A stretch of DNA of 64,000 bases from Octopus vulgaris (Eukaryota). Numbering within the stretch: position 1 is the stretch's first letter; the number at the start of each line of letters is the position of its first letter. The position numbers and the translations under genes are program-made. The notes under the pieces are model-generated. The model was not told where the DNA came from. It worked only from the letters and a program-made list of their open reading frames with translations, and did not search any database. The DNA lies in assembly GCA_951406725.2 (NCBI GenBank), contig OX597830.1, forward strand, positions 35,526,001-35,590,000, read 5' to 3'. This document shows, piece by piece, positions 49,637 to 61,950 of the stretch.

Positions 49637-50149
49637 TGTGTATGTTTGTGTGTCTGTGTTTGTCCCATCCAACATCGCTTGACAACCGATGCTGGCGTGT
49701 TTATGTCCCCGTCACTTAGCGGTTCGGTAAAAGCGACCGATAGAATAAGTAATAGGCTTACAAAGAATAAGTCCCGGGGTCGATTTGCTCGATTAAAGGC
49801 GGTGCTCCAGCATGGCTGCAGTCAAATGACTGAAACAAGTAAAAGAGTAAAAGAGAGAGAGAGTAATAATAACAAGAGCGACATCGACTAAGCGACAAGG
49901 AGATTCAATTGAATGTTAATGGTTTTATAAATCAATAAATAAAAAATTAATTTAGCTTATATTTTCCAACTTTTATCTGTCACATGTTTCAGTTACTGGT
50001 GTGAGGCTATGTTGATGTACTAACTTGAAGGGTTTTGCCAAACTTATTTTTCTCAAAAATACTATTTATTCTATCAGTGTCAAGAGGTAGTCGGTGAAAA
50101 ACACCAACACTCATGTAAAAATATATAAGTATATATATCTACATAGGAT

Positions 50150-50196
<47 letters not shown>

Positions 50197-50727
50197 CAAA
50201 AATGAAACAAGAACGCAACAGACAATAAAACACCCGGACATATAGACGGAGAGGGGAAACACAAGGATCGGTCATTCGCAGCCTCTTCTCGTCAGTCAGG
50301 TTCCAAATTATCCATACAGTTTCGGGCAGTTACAAGCCGTAAGGCTTCATTTCAACACACGCCAGCTGAATTCAATTTGTCCCCAGTCGAAAGACGCCTA
50401 TTGTTATGTCCTGTTATTATTATTATTGTTATTTTTATTGTATTTTTGTATTTATATTCGTGTAACATCGTCTGTTTTCCCGTCCTTGTTTTCGTATACA
50501 TTCTATGCTTTTTTCCAAGGAATCTAATGCTCTTAGCTTAGTTTTTCCTTGGGGCAGGCCAGATTGGAGCAATCTCAAGATTAATCTTCCGAAATTGCGA
50601 GGATGAACCGTCCTTTTTTTTGTATCGTCTATCTGCATGTTTTGTTGTCCCATTTTGTATCACCTAGTTATCCGGATGTTTTGCGTTCTTATACCATTTT
50701 ATTATATATATATATATATTTACACAC

Positions 50728-50930
50728 TCTTTTACTCTTTTACTTGTTTCAGTCATTTGATTGTGGCCATGCTGGAGCACTGCCTTTAGTCGAGCAAATC
50801 GACCCCAGTACTTATTCTTTTTAAGCTTACTACTTATTCTATCGGTTTCTTTTGGTGAACCGCTAAGTTACGGGGACGTAAACACACCAGCATCGGTTGT
50901 CAAGCGATGTTGGGGGGACAAACACAAATA
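50728..50930 (-). mobile_element. SINE family A, 3' half
   Basis: cttttactcttttacttgtttcagtcatttgattgtggccatgctggagcac... Confidence 0.88.
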
Positions 50931-51104
50931 CATAAACACACGTACACATACATACATACATATATATACATATATATGTTCAAGGTGTAGAAATGGCGTA
51001 TTCCGAACGAACAAGGTAATGCAATCCGATGGTTGACAAAATTATGCGAATTAGGTACTCCAAAGTCAGTTGGAAGGCCGGGGGTGCGTGTGAGCGTGCG
51101 GTAA

Positions 51105-51325
51105 ATAGTAAATCCCCATAAGTAAATATTAAATTTTTTAAAAAATGAAAAACTACCACAAAAACAACACCAAAGCGGGGACATGGTACATGTAAAGTAT
51201 TAGCAGACGTTCAGGGAAGGAAAGAAAGACAGTTTTGTGTTTCGAGCAAAGCTCTTCATCAAAAACAGGAGACGGAAGTAAGTCCAAGAGAAAAGGAAGA
51301 CGGAGGCAAAAAATCGCCAACGAGT
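51105..51325 (-). mobile_element. Family H1 pseudo-LTR-like element with degenerate hammerhead
   Basis: Minus strand gttt-TTGATGA-a-gagc-ttt-gctc-GAAA-cacaaaac...ccctgaacgtctgctaatacttta; similar to 60735-60810. Confidence 0.65.
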
Positions 51326-51713
51326 CACATGCGTCATATCACACAAAAAGGAGAACACAGTCATTGCTGTCAGACAATTTCTGCGACCACATCTGGCCAC
51401 TTAATTGCTCCGATTGCAAACACTTGATTATGTGTGGGGCACAAATCTTTGTAACATCATAGATGAACTGAAGGCAAAGATTATGATAGCATGCACCAAC
51501 TAAAACAAGGAGACCGTGCAGAAGATTTGCAGGAGTTTTCGAAGAGTCTGGAAGCCGTGCTTGAAGCCAATGGCGATTTCATTGAATAAATATAATCTTT
51601 AGCATTTCAAGATATATTTACGTAATTTTGGTAAATATATCTGATAAAATGAGAAGTCAGTGTTATTTTCATGTTTTCGTAATTTAGACGACAGTTTATC
51701 CACCGCACCCTGC
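51326..51713 (+). mobile_element. Tc1/mariner-superfamily transposon, decayed 3' part
   Basis: HT.RRTQS.LSDNFCDH.IWP.N.[S/P]DC..L (the WPPNSPDxNPLD motif), DELKAKIM, LEAVLEANGDFIE*; candidate 3' TIR ...ccgcaccctg beside (TA)n. Confidence 0.8.
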
Positions 51714-51734
51714 ATTTATATATATATATATATA

Positions 51735-51919
51735 TAGGCGCAAGAGTGGCTCTGTGGTAAATAGCTTGCTTACCAACCACATGGTTCCGGGTCCAGTCCC
51801 CTTGCGTGGCACCTTGAGCAAGTGTTTTCTACTATAGCCATGGGCTAACCAAAGCCTTGTGAGTGGATTTGGTAGAGGGAAACTGAAAGAAGCTCGTCGT
51901 ACATATGTATATGTGTGTG

Positions 51920-51993
<74 letters not shown>

Positions 51994-52199
51994 TATGTCT
52001 GTTATTGTCCCCCCGACATCGCTTGACAACCGATGCTGGTGTGTTTCCGTCCCCGTAACTTAACGGTTCGGCAAAATTGACCGATAGAATAAGTACTAGG
52101 CCTACAAAGAATAAGTCCTGGGGTCGATTTGCTCGACAAAAGGCGGTGCTCTAGCATGGCCACAGTCAAGTGACTGAAACGACTAAAAGAGTAAAGAGT
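51735..52199 (+). mobile_element. SINE family A, most complete copy (tRNA head, internal (GT)n, (AAAGAGT) tail)
   Basis: A-box-like agtggctctgtggtaa, B-box-like ggttccgggtccagtccc; (TA)n on both sides. Confidence 0.92.
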
Positions 52200-52288
52200 A
52201 ATATATATATATATATTTAAATATTTACATATATATATTTATATATACATATATATATATTTACATATACATATGTAAATATACATAT

Positions 52289-52338
<50 letters not shown>

Positions 52339-53242
52339 TACATGTGTGTGTATATGTGCTTTATATGTATGTGTGTGTGTGTGTGTGCGCGCATGGGCAT
52401 TTACATGCATATGTATTTGTGTACTCAAGCATACATACATATATACATACAAGCATACATTTTGAGTCGGCTGAAAACTTTGTGCTTCAGACAATACTGG
52501 CGAACCGCCATTACGGTCAAGTCATTCACTGAATGTCTGCAAACATGCTTTTGTTTATTGATTTATCTATATCTCTACCTTTTCATCTTGCTCTGTTCCT
52601 TGCGTTCCACATGTTATCCCCCTCCACTTTACATCTTTATCCTTTCTTTGCATTATTCTCTCTTACCCCTACTCACTCTCAGTCTGTCTCTCTCTCTCTT
52701 TCTTTCCTCCCCTTCCATATCACTTATCTTCTTTCTGTATGTATACTGTGTCATTATTTTTTTCTCTCTCTCTCTCTTTCTCTACCACGCACTCCCCCCC
52801 CCACCACCACAACTCTCTTGCTCTTCCTTTCAACCTCTCTTGCACCAGTCCCCCCTCCCACTGTCCTTCTTTCTCTATGTATTTAGACACATAACGAAAT
52901 CACACATAGCGAAAATGGTTCGGTTTAGTGAACTTTTGGCCTCACTGCAATTTTAAACATTCGCAGTGTATGTATGTACGTAAGTGTTTGTACACACATA
53001 TGTATGCGTATATATATATATATATATATACATACATATATATATATATACATCTACTTATATATATATAATATATATACATATATATGTATGTATACGC
53101 ACACATGCTTATATATGTATAAATAAAGAAAAATATAAATATAAATATATGTATTTATATATTTATATGTGTATATATATACATGTATATATGTATATAT
53201 ATATGTATATATAAATATATATATATTATATAAGTGTATATA

Positions 53243-53359
<117 letters not shown>

Positions 53360-53752
53360 TATATATAATACATGCACATGTGAAGTGTTAATTTATGTAC
53401 AGAAGCAAGGCAAGACCTCGAAGTAAGAATATATTGTATGTACCGCACTTCTGTGTATAGTTTTTACAGAGAATGTCTCGATCGATAAGTTGAATGCTAG
53501 GGGTGGGAATACCGAAGGAGGGACAGTGGAGGAGAAAAAATGTGTGGGGGACAAGGCTAGAGACAGACAGACGGACAAACAAACTGGCAGAAATATAGAT
53601 AGACAAGCAGGCTGTTACAACACAGGATAATAAAAATACTTGTGTCAATTTATTTTTATTGAATACTTAGTATGGCAAAGACAAGGAGGTGCTATATACA
53701 TATATATATATGTGTGTGTATATGTGTGTGTGTGTGTTTGTGTGTGTATGCT

Positions 53753-53790
<38 letters not shown>

Positions 53791-53839
53791 GCATGTATAT
53801 ATATGTTTATACATATACACAGATATATACATGCACATA

Positions 53840-53883
<44 letters not shown>

Positions 53884-54424
53884 TATATATGTATATGTAT
53901 ATATATATATTTATATATAATAACATACGCTTATATATGTATAAGTATATATACATACGTAAATAAATATATATGTATATAAATATATAAGTATATATGT
54001 GCAAACGCAAATACACACGCACACACACATATGTACGCTTATTACCATAATTGGAGACATAAGTAGCGTAGAGGGCTAAAATATCATTTTGTTGATGTTT
54101 TGTTGATGGATGGTGGTGGTGGTGGTGGTGTGGTGGTGGTGGTGGTGGTGGTGGTGGTTAAGTTAGTTGTGGTTATGATGTGGAAGATGATGGTGATGAG
54201 GAAGGAGGAGGATTTGGAGGAAGAGCAGTAGGAGGAGGGGAACTAGGCTGTTGATGACATGGGTTGTTCATTCTTATCCTCCAGTTGTCTTGAGATGGAG
54301 TGCGGTGAAGTAATGAAAAGGAATAGTAAGGAAAATACATATGAGTATGTATGAGATGGAGTATGGGTTACATTGATGACTGCACGTGTATATATTTATG
54401 TGTGTGAGTATGTGTTTACACACA

Positions 54425-54508
<84 letters not shown>

Positions 54509-54616
54509 AACGAGAGAAAGACAGAAAGATAGGTAGATATGTATGTAGGTAGATAGATAAATAGACAGCCAGACAGACTGATAAATTGATAGATAGAGAG
54601 GGAGAGAGAGATAGAG

Positions 54617-54688
<72 letters not shown>

Positions 54689-54775
54689 GCGAGTGTAGGG
54701 GAAAGTGAACAAAAGGCTGAACTGAAGAGAAAAAAGAAAGAAAGAAAAAATGAAAGAAAGGAAAAATGAAAGAAA

Positions 54776-54821
<46 letters not shown>

Positions 54822-55239
54822 AAAAGGAAAGTGAGAAAGAGAGAGAGAAAGAAATTAAAAGACAAATAATATAATAGACAGAAATGTGCACAAAAAATCA
54901 CAAGGAAAGCAATTGACGTCTAAATATGTGAAGAAATGTAGAATTGGTAAAGAAAGAAGAACGGCGCGAAAGTATTGTGAAGAGAGAAGTTTAAATGAAA
55001 TGAATTGAGAAGGTATGGTTAGAAGTAAAGGAGGTAGAGAGAAAAGGATAGATAAATAGGGAGGGAGAGAGAGAGAGAGAGAGAGAAATTAAGAGATAGG
55101 GAATCTGAGAAATAGTATAAGAGAGAGTGGGGTGGATTCGTGGTGTTAAGTACAGAGAGAGGGAAAGAGAGAGAGAGAGAGAGAACGGAGTGTGTAGGGT
55201 ATGGAATGGGTAATGCTTATTGGGTAATGTCAGGGCAAC

Positions 55240-56110
55240 GTTGAGGTTGTTGTTGTTGTTGTTGTGGTGGTGGTGGTGGTGGTGGTGGTGGTTGTAGTTA
55301 TGGCGGTAATAAACGTTACGATGATAGTAGTGACGGTTGTAGTGGCAGTGGTAGTTCAAATTGTAGCAGTTGTGGTGGTAGTAGTGGTGGTGGTGATGGT
55401 GGTGGTGGTGGTGGTGGTGGTGGCAGTGGCAGTGTTGGTGTTGCTGGTGGTGGTGGTGGTGGTGGTGGTAGTAGTGGTATATATGGTGGTAGTGGTATAT
55501 GTGGTGGTAGTGGTATATGTGGTGGAAGTGGTGGTGGTAATGGTGGTGATGGTGGTGGCAGTGTTGGTGTTGTTGTTGCTGGTATTGGTGATGGTGGTGG
55601 TGGTGGTGGTATATATGGTGGAAACGGTTGCGGTGTTGGTGGTGGTTCCACTGCTGCTGATTCTACTTCCGGTCTAGATGCTGCTAGTGGCGTCGACAAA
55701 GTCGCCGTTCCTGCTGCTATTAAGGGTTTGTGGTGATGGTCGTGGTGCAAATAGTGATGGTAGGGGTAGTGGTGTTGGTTGCAGTGGAGGTTGTGATGGT
55801 GATGGTAACGGTGATGGTGCTGCTGTTGTTTGCGGTGGCGGTGCTGGTGGTGGTGGTGGTGGTGGTGGTGGTGGTGGTGGTGGTGGTGGTGGTGGTGGTG
55901 GTGGTGGTGGTGGTGGTCGTCGTCGTCGTCGTCATGGTAGTGGTCGTGGTGGGGGCGTCGACGTGGTGGTGGTATGGGCGACGGAGTTAATGCTGATGGT
56001 GGTGGAAGTGGCGATGGCAGTGCTGATGGTAGTGCTGGTGATGGTGTTGGTGGTGATGGTGATGGTGATGGTGGTGGTAGTGGTGATGATGATGGTGATG
56101 GTGGTGGTGT
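55240..56110. repeat. Long (GGT)n-rich trinucleotide tract
   Basis: Direct inspection; source of the poly-V/G/P/H ORF artefacts. Confidence 0.95.
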
Positions 56111-56582
56111 GTTACTGCTGGAGGATGACCTGGCTGCAATCTCACTAATTTGATGCAGGAAGGAGAAGAAGAAGGCAAGGTTAGGTGTAGAAGTAAAAGG
56201 TAAAAAGAAAAGAAAGGATAAGAAATATATATAAACGTATGGAACTCGAAGGGCAAAGAATTTTTTGAATGGTGGCGGTGGTGGTGGTGGTGGTGGTGGG
56301 AGGTCATGAAGGACGCCGGTGGAACACGTAACTGATGTCAGCGAGAAGACTGGAGATGGGAGGGTAAAGAAGAATGCGAAAGGTCGAAAGAATAAATGCA
56401 TGTTTTTGTTTTTCCTTTCCTGAGAGGCTTGTGCGCATACACATACACACACACACACACACACGTATTTATATGTAGATATATGTAGATGAATACATAC
56501 GCACACATATTTTATACACACTTATATATATATGCATACATATACATTTTTCCATGATAGCATTTTGTGTATAACACACACA

Positions 56583-56662
<80 letters not shown>

Positions 56663-57031
56663 ATATAAAGTATGTATGTGTGTCGCTCTTCTCCGTAATT
56701 TACAGCCTTCGGGGTTGCTTACAAATATATAAATATATATACATGTATATATACGTTTATAGATCTATATATATATTTGTGTGTGTATATGTACAAGTAT
56801 GTATATGTATGTATGTATGTATGCATATGTATATATCTATATATATATATACTTGTTTTTTAATTGATTGTTTGTTTGAATTCAATATATATATGTATAT
56901 GTATAAATACATATACAAATGTATAAACATATATATATATATGTATATCAATAAATAAATTCTTATATATATATATGTATATAGATGTATATATATATAT
57001 ATATACATATACATATGTATGTGCACGTATG

Positions 57032-57094
<63 letters not shown>

Positions 57095-57164
57095 TTATAT
57101 ATACAGAGACACATTGGGTATACATTCATCAATTGTAGACAATCCATCACGTTATAAGCGCTGT

Positions 57165-57800
57165 CAATAATTTAGGATTAAAAATAACATTGAGATTTTA
57201 AACATACACACTTTAGTAACTGTCTCATATATACCCTATATTAAACCTAACGATAAAACGATGCACATTAATACACATTCTTACCAACCGCTCAATATTT
57301 AAAAGTCTACTTAGAAATATCAATAGAAAACTATCAAGTATGTCATCTTCTGAATATAAATTTGATAAGGAGCGCCCTTTTGATAATAACGCTTTACCTA
57401 ACAGCGGCTTCAACGAGAAAATATGACGCAACTCAAAAATCACGGCTTTTAAGGTCTAGCAAAAGGCCTCGTAAATATTTCTGGTTCATAGAACCCATTT
57501 GCCTTTAAGCGTCACGATTATTATTACTGAGTAACGCAGCTAATAATATCGATTGAAGATATTTGATAGAAAGTAGATTAACGTTAGCTATACTTGTTTC
57601 TCTAACACAAACACCTCTATAGTTCGCAAGCTTGTCAAAATACTTGCTTCTAGATATTCATGTTAGAATGCTAAGACATGGCAATCGAACAAGCCAGTCC
57701 ATCATGTATGAATTTCATGTCGCCTTAGTCATACAACTGACTGACGGGAACTTAACGTTAGAGAAAGTTGAAACAACAATTTTATTTATATTAAAAGAAC
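57165..57800 (+). pseudogene. Highly decayed Penelope-like element of a different clade (RT thumb to GIY-YIG start)
   Basis: Manual translation across frameshifts: LGLKIT, PYIKPNDKTMHINTHS, RNINRKLSSMSSSEYKFDK..PFDNNAL.NSGFNEKI, RKYFWF, INVSYTC.SN, GNRTSQSIMYE; resembles PLE motifs PYxKPN / IIWFNPP / KVSYSCxPN / GxCxxxSIIY. Confidence 0.65.
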
Positions 57801-57954
57801 TCGTTAAGAAGACGGAATGACAAAATCCATAGGGAAGGAATATTTCATATTGTGTAAGCACTTTTGGCTATTTTCAGCTTAACCGAAAACCGTTACTCGA
57901 CACTAAAACTTCCTTTCCTAAGATTTGTGCATTTTTTATGATACTTTATAAATA

Positions 57955-58337
57955 GATGCATGCGTTGCTGTATGGTAAGAAGCTTCCTTCCTAACCACAT
58001 AGTTCCTGGTTCAGTCTCACTACATGTTATATTCAGCAAGTGTCTTCTGCTATAGCCTCGGGTCAATGAAAGATTTGTGGATTTGTAGACGGAAACTGAA
58101 AACCCTAGTATATACATACATATATGTGTGTGTGTGTTTTTGTGTTCGTACACCCCACTATCTCTTGACAACCAATGTTGGTGTGTTTACATTCCCGTAA
58201 CTTAGCAGTTCAGCAAAAGTGACGGATAAATAAGTACTAGACTTACAGAGAATAAGTGCCGGGATCGATTTCTCTGACTAAATCCTCTTAAGGCGTTGCT
58301 CCGGTGTGGCCGCAGTCAAATGATTGAATCAAGTAAA
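57955..58337 (+). mobile_element. SINE family A, older copy
   Basis: gctgtatggtaagaagcttcc...agcaagtgtcttctgctatagcctcggg...ggccgcagtcaaatgattgaa. Confidence 0.85.
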
Positions 58338-58373
58338 TTTTTAATTTAAGATAAACTTCATGCACAAGCTCAG

Positions 58374-58420
<47 letters not shown>

Positions 58421-58465
58421 CCAGCTTAGAGAAGAAGAAGAAGAAACGAAACGAAACCAAACGAA

Positions 58466-58640
58466 TCGAATCCTCACCTTCGAAACACGCTGGAGTTGAA
58501 CTAGGGACAGCTGATGAAGGGGATTTTTCCTTGTGTAGTTGTCTTGTACTCTATTTTTTCGTTGTTAAAAAAATGGTCCGTTCCATGCTGTTTTTACGTT
58601 TTCGTTTCTCGTTGAGTTCTATGTCTCACATTCTACGCAC
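58466..58640 (+). repeat. Interspersed repeat shared with 8025-8170, containing split hammerhead-like words
   Basis: ccttcGAAAcacgctggagtt...gCTGATGAagggg followed by a T-rich tail. Confidence 0.55.
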
Positions 58641-58835
58641 ACATTCTACGCACACATTCACACACACACACATACACACACACGCACAAACATTCACACA
58701 TACGTGTGTGTGGTTGCGTTATATGCTTATGTTCGTTTTAAAATTTAAATAGCGGTACGAAATGTTTGAGTGAATGAATGAATGACTGAGAGAGAGAATA
58801 ATACACGAGTGAGTGCGTTCCTGTTTCTGCACAAA

Positions 58836-59040
58836 GCCCGCAGCAGAAAGGAGATAAGGAAAAGTTCCAGTCTCCGCAGGTCTGTCCGTGTAACCTTCAT
58901 CTTAGAAAGGTCCCATTTGGTCCAGCTCTTGACCTTTTTTTCTTTCTCCTGGTTCCGGACTTCTGCCTGGATTATGACCCTCCTTTTCTGGATGTCTGCC
59001 TTCTTCCATTGTTGAAAATGAGAAGAACCGATGCCTTGCA
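58836..59040 (-). pseudogene. Fragment of a Hero-like RLE non-LTR retrotransposon ORF
   Basis: QGIGSSHFQQWKKAD..RR..IQAEVRNQE...WTKWDL...KVT..DL.RLE.F.ISFLLR matches my recollection of the post-RT region of Hero-clade ORFs. Confidence 0.65.
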
Positions 59041-59160
59041 ACTTCAAAGAACTTACAATAAAGTTTACCATGTTTTTACAGTAGACCTTAAGGGCAAAAT
59101 GAATGAATGATTTGCATCGCTATAGAAATAATTCTCTGTTTATTACTTCTATATACAATA

Positions 59161-59458
59161 CTAGCAGTATCGCCCGGCATTGCCCGGGTTTGTAAGGGAA
59201 ATAACTATATAAGCATTTTTAGAGAGTTACTTCCCTTATATAATAGCAAAAAAATGCATTAAAAATGGGAAAAAATGATGGTAATTTTTTTTTAAATCGT
59301 AGACTCATCGTAGACGCGCGCTAATACCCAGAAGAGCTCGATATGAATCACGACTATATGATACCCGCTTTTGGTTAAACTGCACCGCAAAATGTGGGAG
59401 TAGTTAGGAATCTAAATCGTAGGTGACAAACACACAATTTCACTTTTATATATAAAGA
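59161..59458 (-). mobile_element. Non-autonomous Helitron (298 bp)
   Basis: Minus strand starts A|TCtttatatataaaag, has a GC hairpin cccgggcaatgccggg about 12 nt from the end, and ends CTAG|T. Confidence 0.85.
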
Positions 59459-59473
59459 TTTACCTTTATCTAA

Positions 59474-60268
59474 CGCGGCGAGCTGGCAGAAACGCTAGCA
59501 AGCCGGGCGGAATGCGTAGCCGTCCTTCGTCTGCTGTTACGTTCTGAGTTCAAATTCCGCCGAGGTCGACTTTGCATTTCATCATTTCGGGGTCGATTAA
59601 CTAAGTACCAGTTACGCACTGGGGTCGATCTAATCGACTTAATCCGTTTGTCTGTCCTTGTTTGTCCCCTCTGTGTTTAGCCCCTTGTGGGTAGTAAAGA
59701 AATAGGTATTTCGTCTGCCGCTACGTTCTGAGTTCAAATTCCGCCGAGGTCGACTTTGCCTATCGAGGTCGATTAAATAAGTACAAGTTACGCCTTGGGG
59801 TCGATCTAATCGACTTAATCCGTTTGTCTGTCCTTGTTTGTCCCCTCTGTGTTTAACCCCTTGTGTGTAGTAAAGAAATTGGTATTTCGTCAGCCATTAC
59901 GTTCTGAGTTCAAATCCCGCAGAGGTCGGCTTTGCCTTTCATCATCTCGGAGTCGATAAATGAAGGACCAGTTCCGCACTGGGGTCGATATAATCGACTT
60001 AACATCTTTGTATGTCCTTGTTTGTTCCCTCTATGTTTAGCCCCTTGTGGGCAATAAAGAAATAAAAAAAAAAACGTTAGCACGTCTGGTGTAATGTCTA
60101 GCAGTATTTCGTCGGCCGTTACGTTCTGAGTTCAAATTCCACCGAGGCCGACCTTGCCTTTTATACTTTCGGGATTGATAAATTAAGTACCAGTTGAGTA
60201 CTGAGGTTGATCTAATCGACTGGCCCTCTCCCCCAAATTTCGGATCTTGTGCCTAGAGTAGAGTAGAA
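59474..60268 (+). mobile_element. SINE family B tandem array (head + three ~180-bp units + one further 5'-truncated copy)
   Basis: Units restart at about 59521, 59706, 59881 and 60104. Confidence 0.88.
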
Positions 60269-60481
60269 TCAATATGTGCGTGTCTGTATGTGTGCATATG
60301 TTTGTAGTGATACAGCACAGGGGTTCAAGGCATTTAGGTAACTTCTAGTTTCACCAATCTGCGATGTTTTGAATAGTGATATAACAAATATCAAGTAAAA
60401 GGAGGATCATCAGGTCCGCTTCGGAAATATTTTATATTATTGATACACATCCGCACTCTATGCATAAATACTGATGCCTAC

Positions 60482-60634
<153 letters not shown>

Positions 60635-60639
60635 ACTAC

Positions 60640-60878
60640 CTTCAAATTCTATTCTTTCAACATGTGATCTCTTAAGCACCACCAGCTAAATATTTCTCCT
60701 CTGTCTTCCCTCCTTGGGATCTTTCCTTCTCCTTGTTTCCGACGAAGAGCTCCGCTCGAAACGTTAAACCCTCCTTCCCTTCTTTCCTGAGCGTCAATAA
60801 TACTTTAATTGTTCCACGTCCTGCGTTGCTGTGTTTTTTTCTTTTTTTTTCTTTTTTTCTGTGTTTTCTTGTTTGGAT

Positions 60879-60882
<4 letters not shown>
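60640..60882 (+). mobile_element. Family H1 pseudo-LTR-like element between (TA)n tracts
   Basis: Contains the hammerhead at 60735-60769; homologous to the copies at 40, 34922 and 51105. Confidence 0.7.
60735..60769 (+). ncRNA. Ultra-minimal hammerhead motif
   Basis: gttt-CCGACGA-a-gagc-tcc-gctc-GAAA-cg-TT-aaac; stem I gttt/aaac; stem III reduced to the palindrome AACGTT. Confidence 0.75.
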
Positions 60883-60923
<41 letters not shown>

Positions 60924-60994
60924 TACGTTTAAATATTTATTGGCTAAACTGGCAATATGACCATTCCGAAATATAACAATATATATAATTATTT

Positions 60995-61112
<118 letters not shown>

Positions 61113-61174
61113 TATATATATGAAAAAACAAGTCAAAAATAGAAAATGCTAAAATAATTTTATAGTGAACATTT

Positions 61175-61212
61175 CAGTACCGGTTTCGGTCATTTTGAGA
61201 CCTTTTCAACTG
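61175..61212 (-). ncRNA. Minimal hammerhead-like motif at the PLE 3' end, variant core
   Basis: cag-TTGAAAA-ggtc-tcaaaat-gacc-GAAA-ccgg-TA-ctg; all three stems present; core differs at C3 and G8. Confidence 0.7.
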
Positions 61213-61950
61213 TAACGATTAAATAATTAAATTTAGAAAAATTAGAAGAAAAGTTTTTTTAAAAGAATATTTCTATAGTAGTGTTCAGATTTAAGTGACA
61301 TTCTGCCTTTCTCTGACTCCCTTGTTTGCACTTGTGTGTCGGAGGTCGTTGTGAGTTCTTGGTAGGGTAGTAGAGGAAGAAGGCTGGTGAGGAAAGGGGG
61401 GTGGGAGAATCTGGGAGTGCCCTGATGGTCGTATTTTGAATGGTCAGTGGCGGCTGGCAGTCTCAGTTCAATTCAGGAGAATATTTATATTGACAGGCTT
61501 GTTTATAAAACTAGCGTAGGTGTTATACTAAAAAACATTAGTGACAAAGTTAAGGGGTAGGGGATGGAGAAGTAGAAGAAGAAGAAGAAGAAGAAGAAGA
61601 AGAAGAAGAAGAAGAAGAAGGAGAAGGAGAAGATGACGATGATGGTGATGGTGGTGATGATTATGACGACGATGATGATGATAATGATGATGATGAAGAA
61701 GAAGAAGAAGAAGAAGGAGGAGAAGGAGAAGATGGTGGTGATGATGGTGGTGATGATGATGACGACGATGATGATGATAATGATGATGATGAAGAAGAAG
61801 AGGAAGAAGAAGAAGAAGAAAAAAACAGAGAAGGGAGAATATGAATGGGTGTAAGTATAGCTATGAAGGGGCTGATTAGTAATGGATTCTATGGAGTGTA
61901 ATATTTGTGTGTGTATATATATTTTTCTTTTATTCTAAAGTTGAGGTATA

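Larger units (their letters stand above)
47774..49856 (+). mobile_element. SINE family A interrupted by a Penelope-like element (halves 47774-48005 and 49630-49856)
   Basis: Well-conserved head and tail flank the PLE. Confidence 0.9.
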
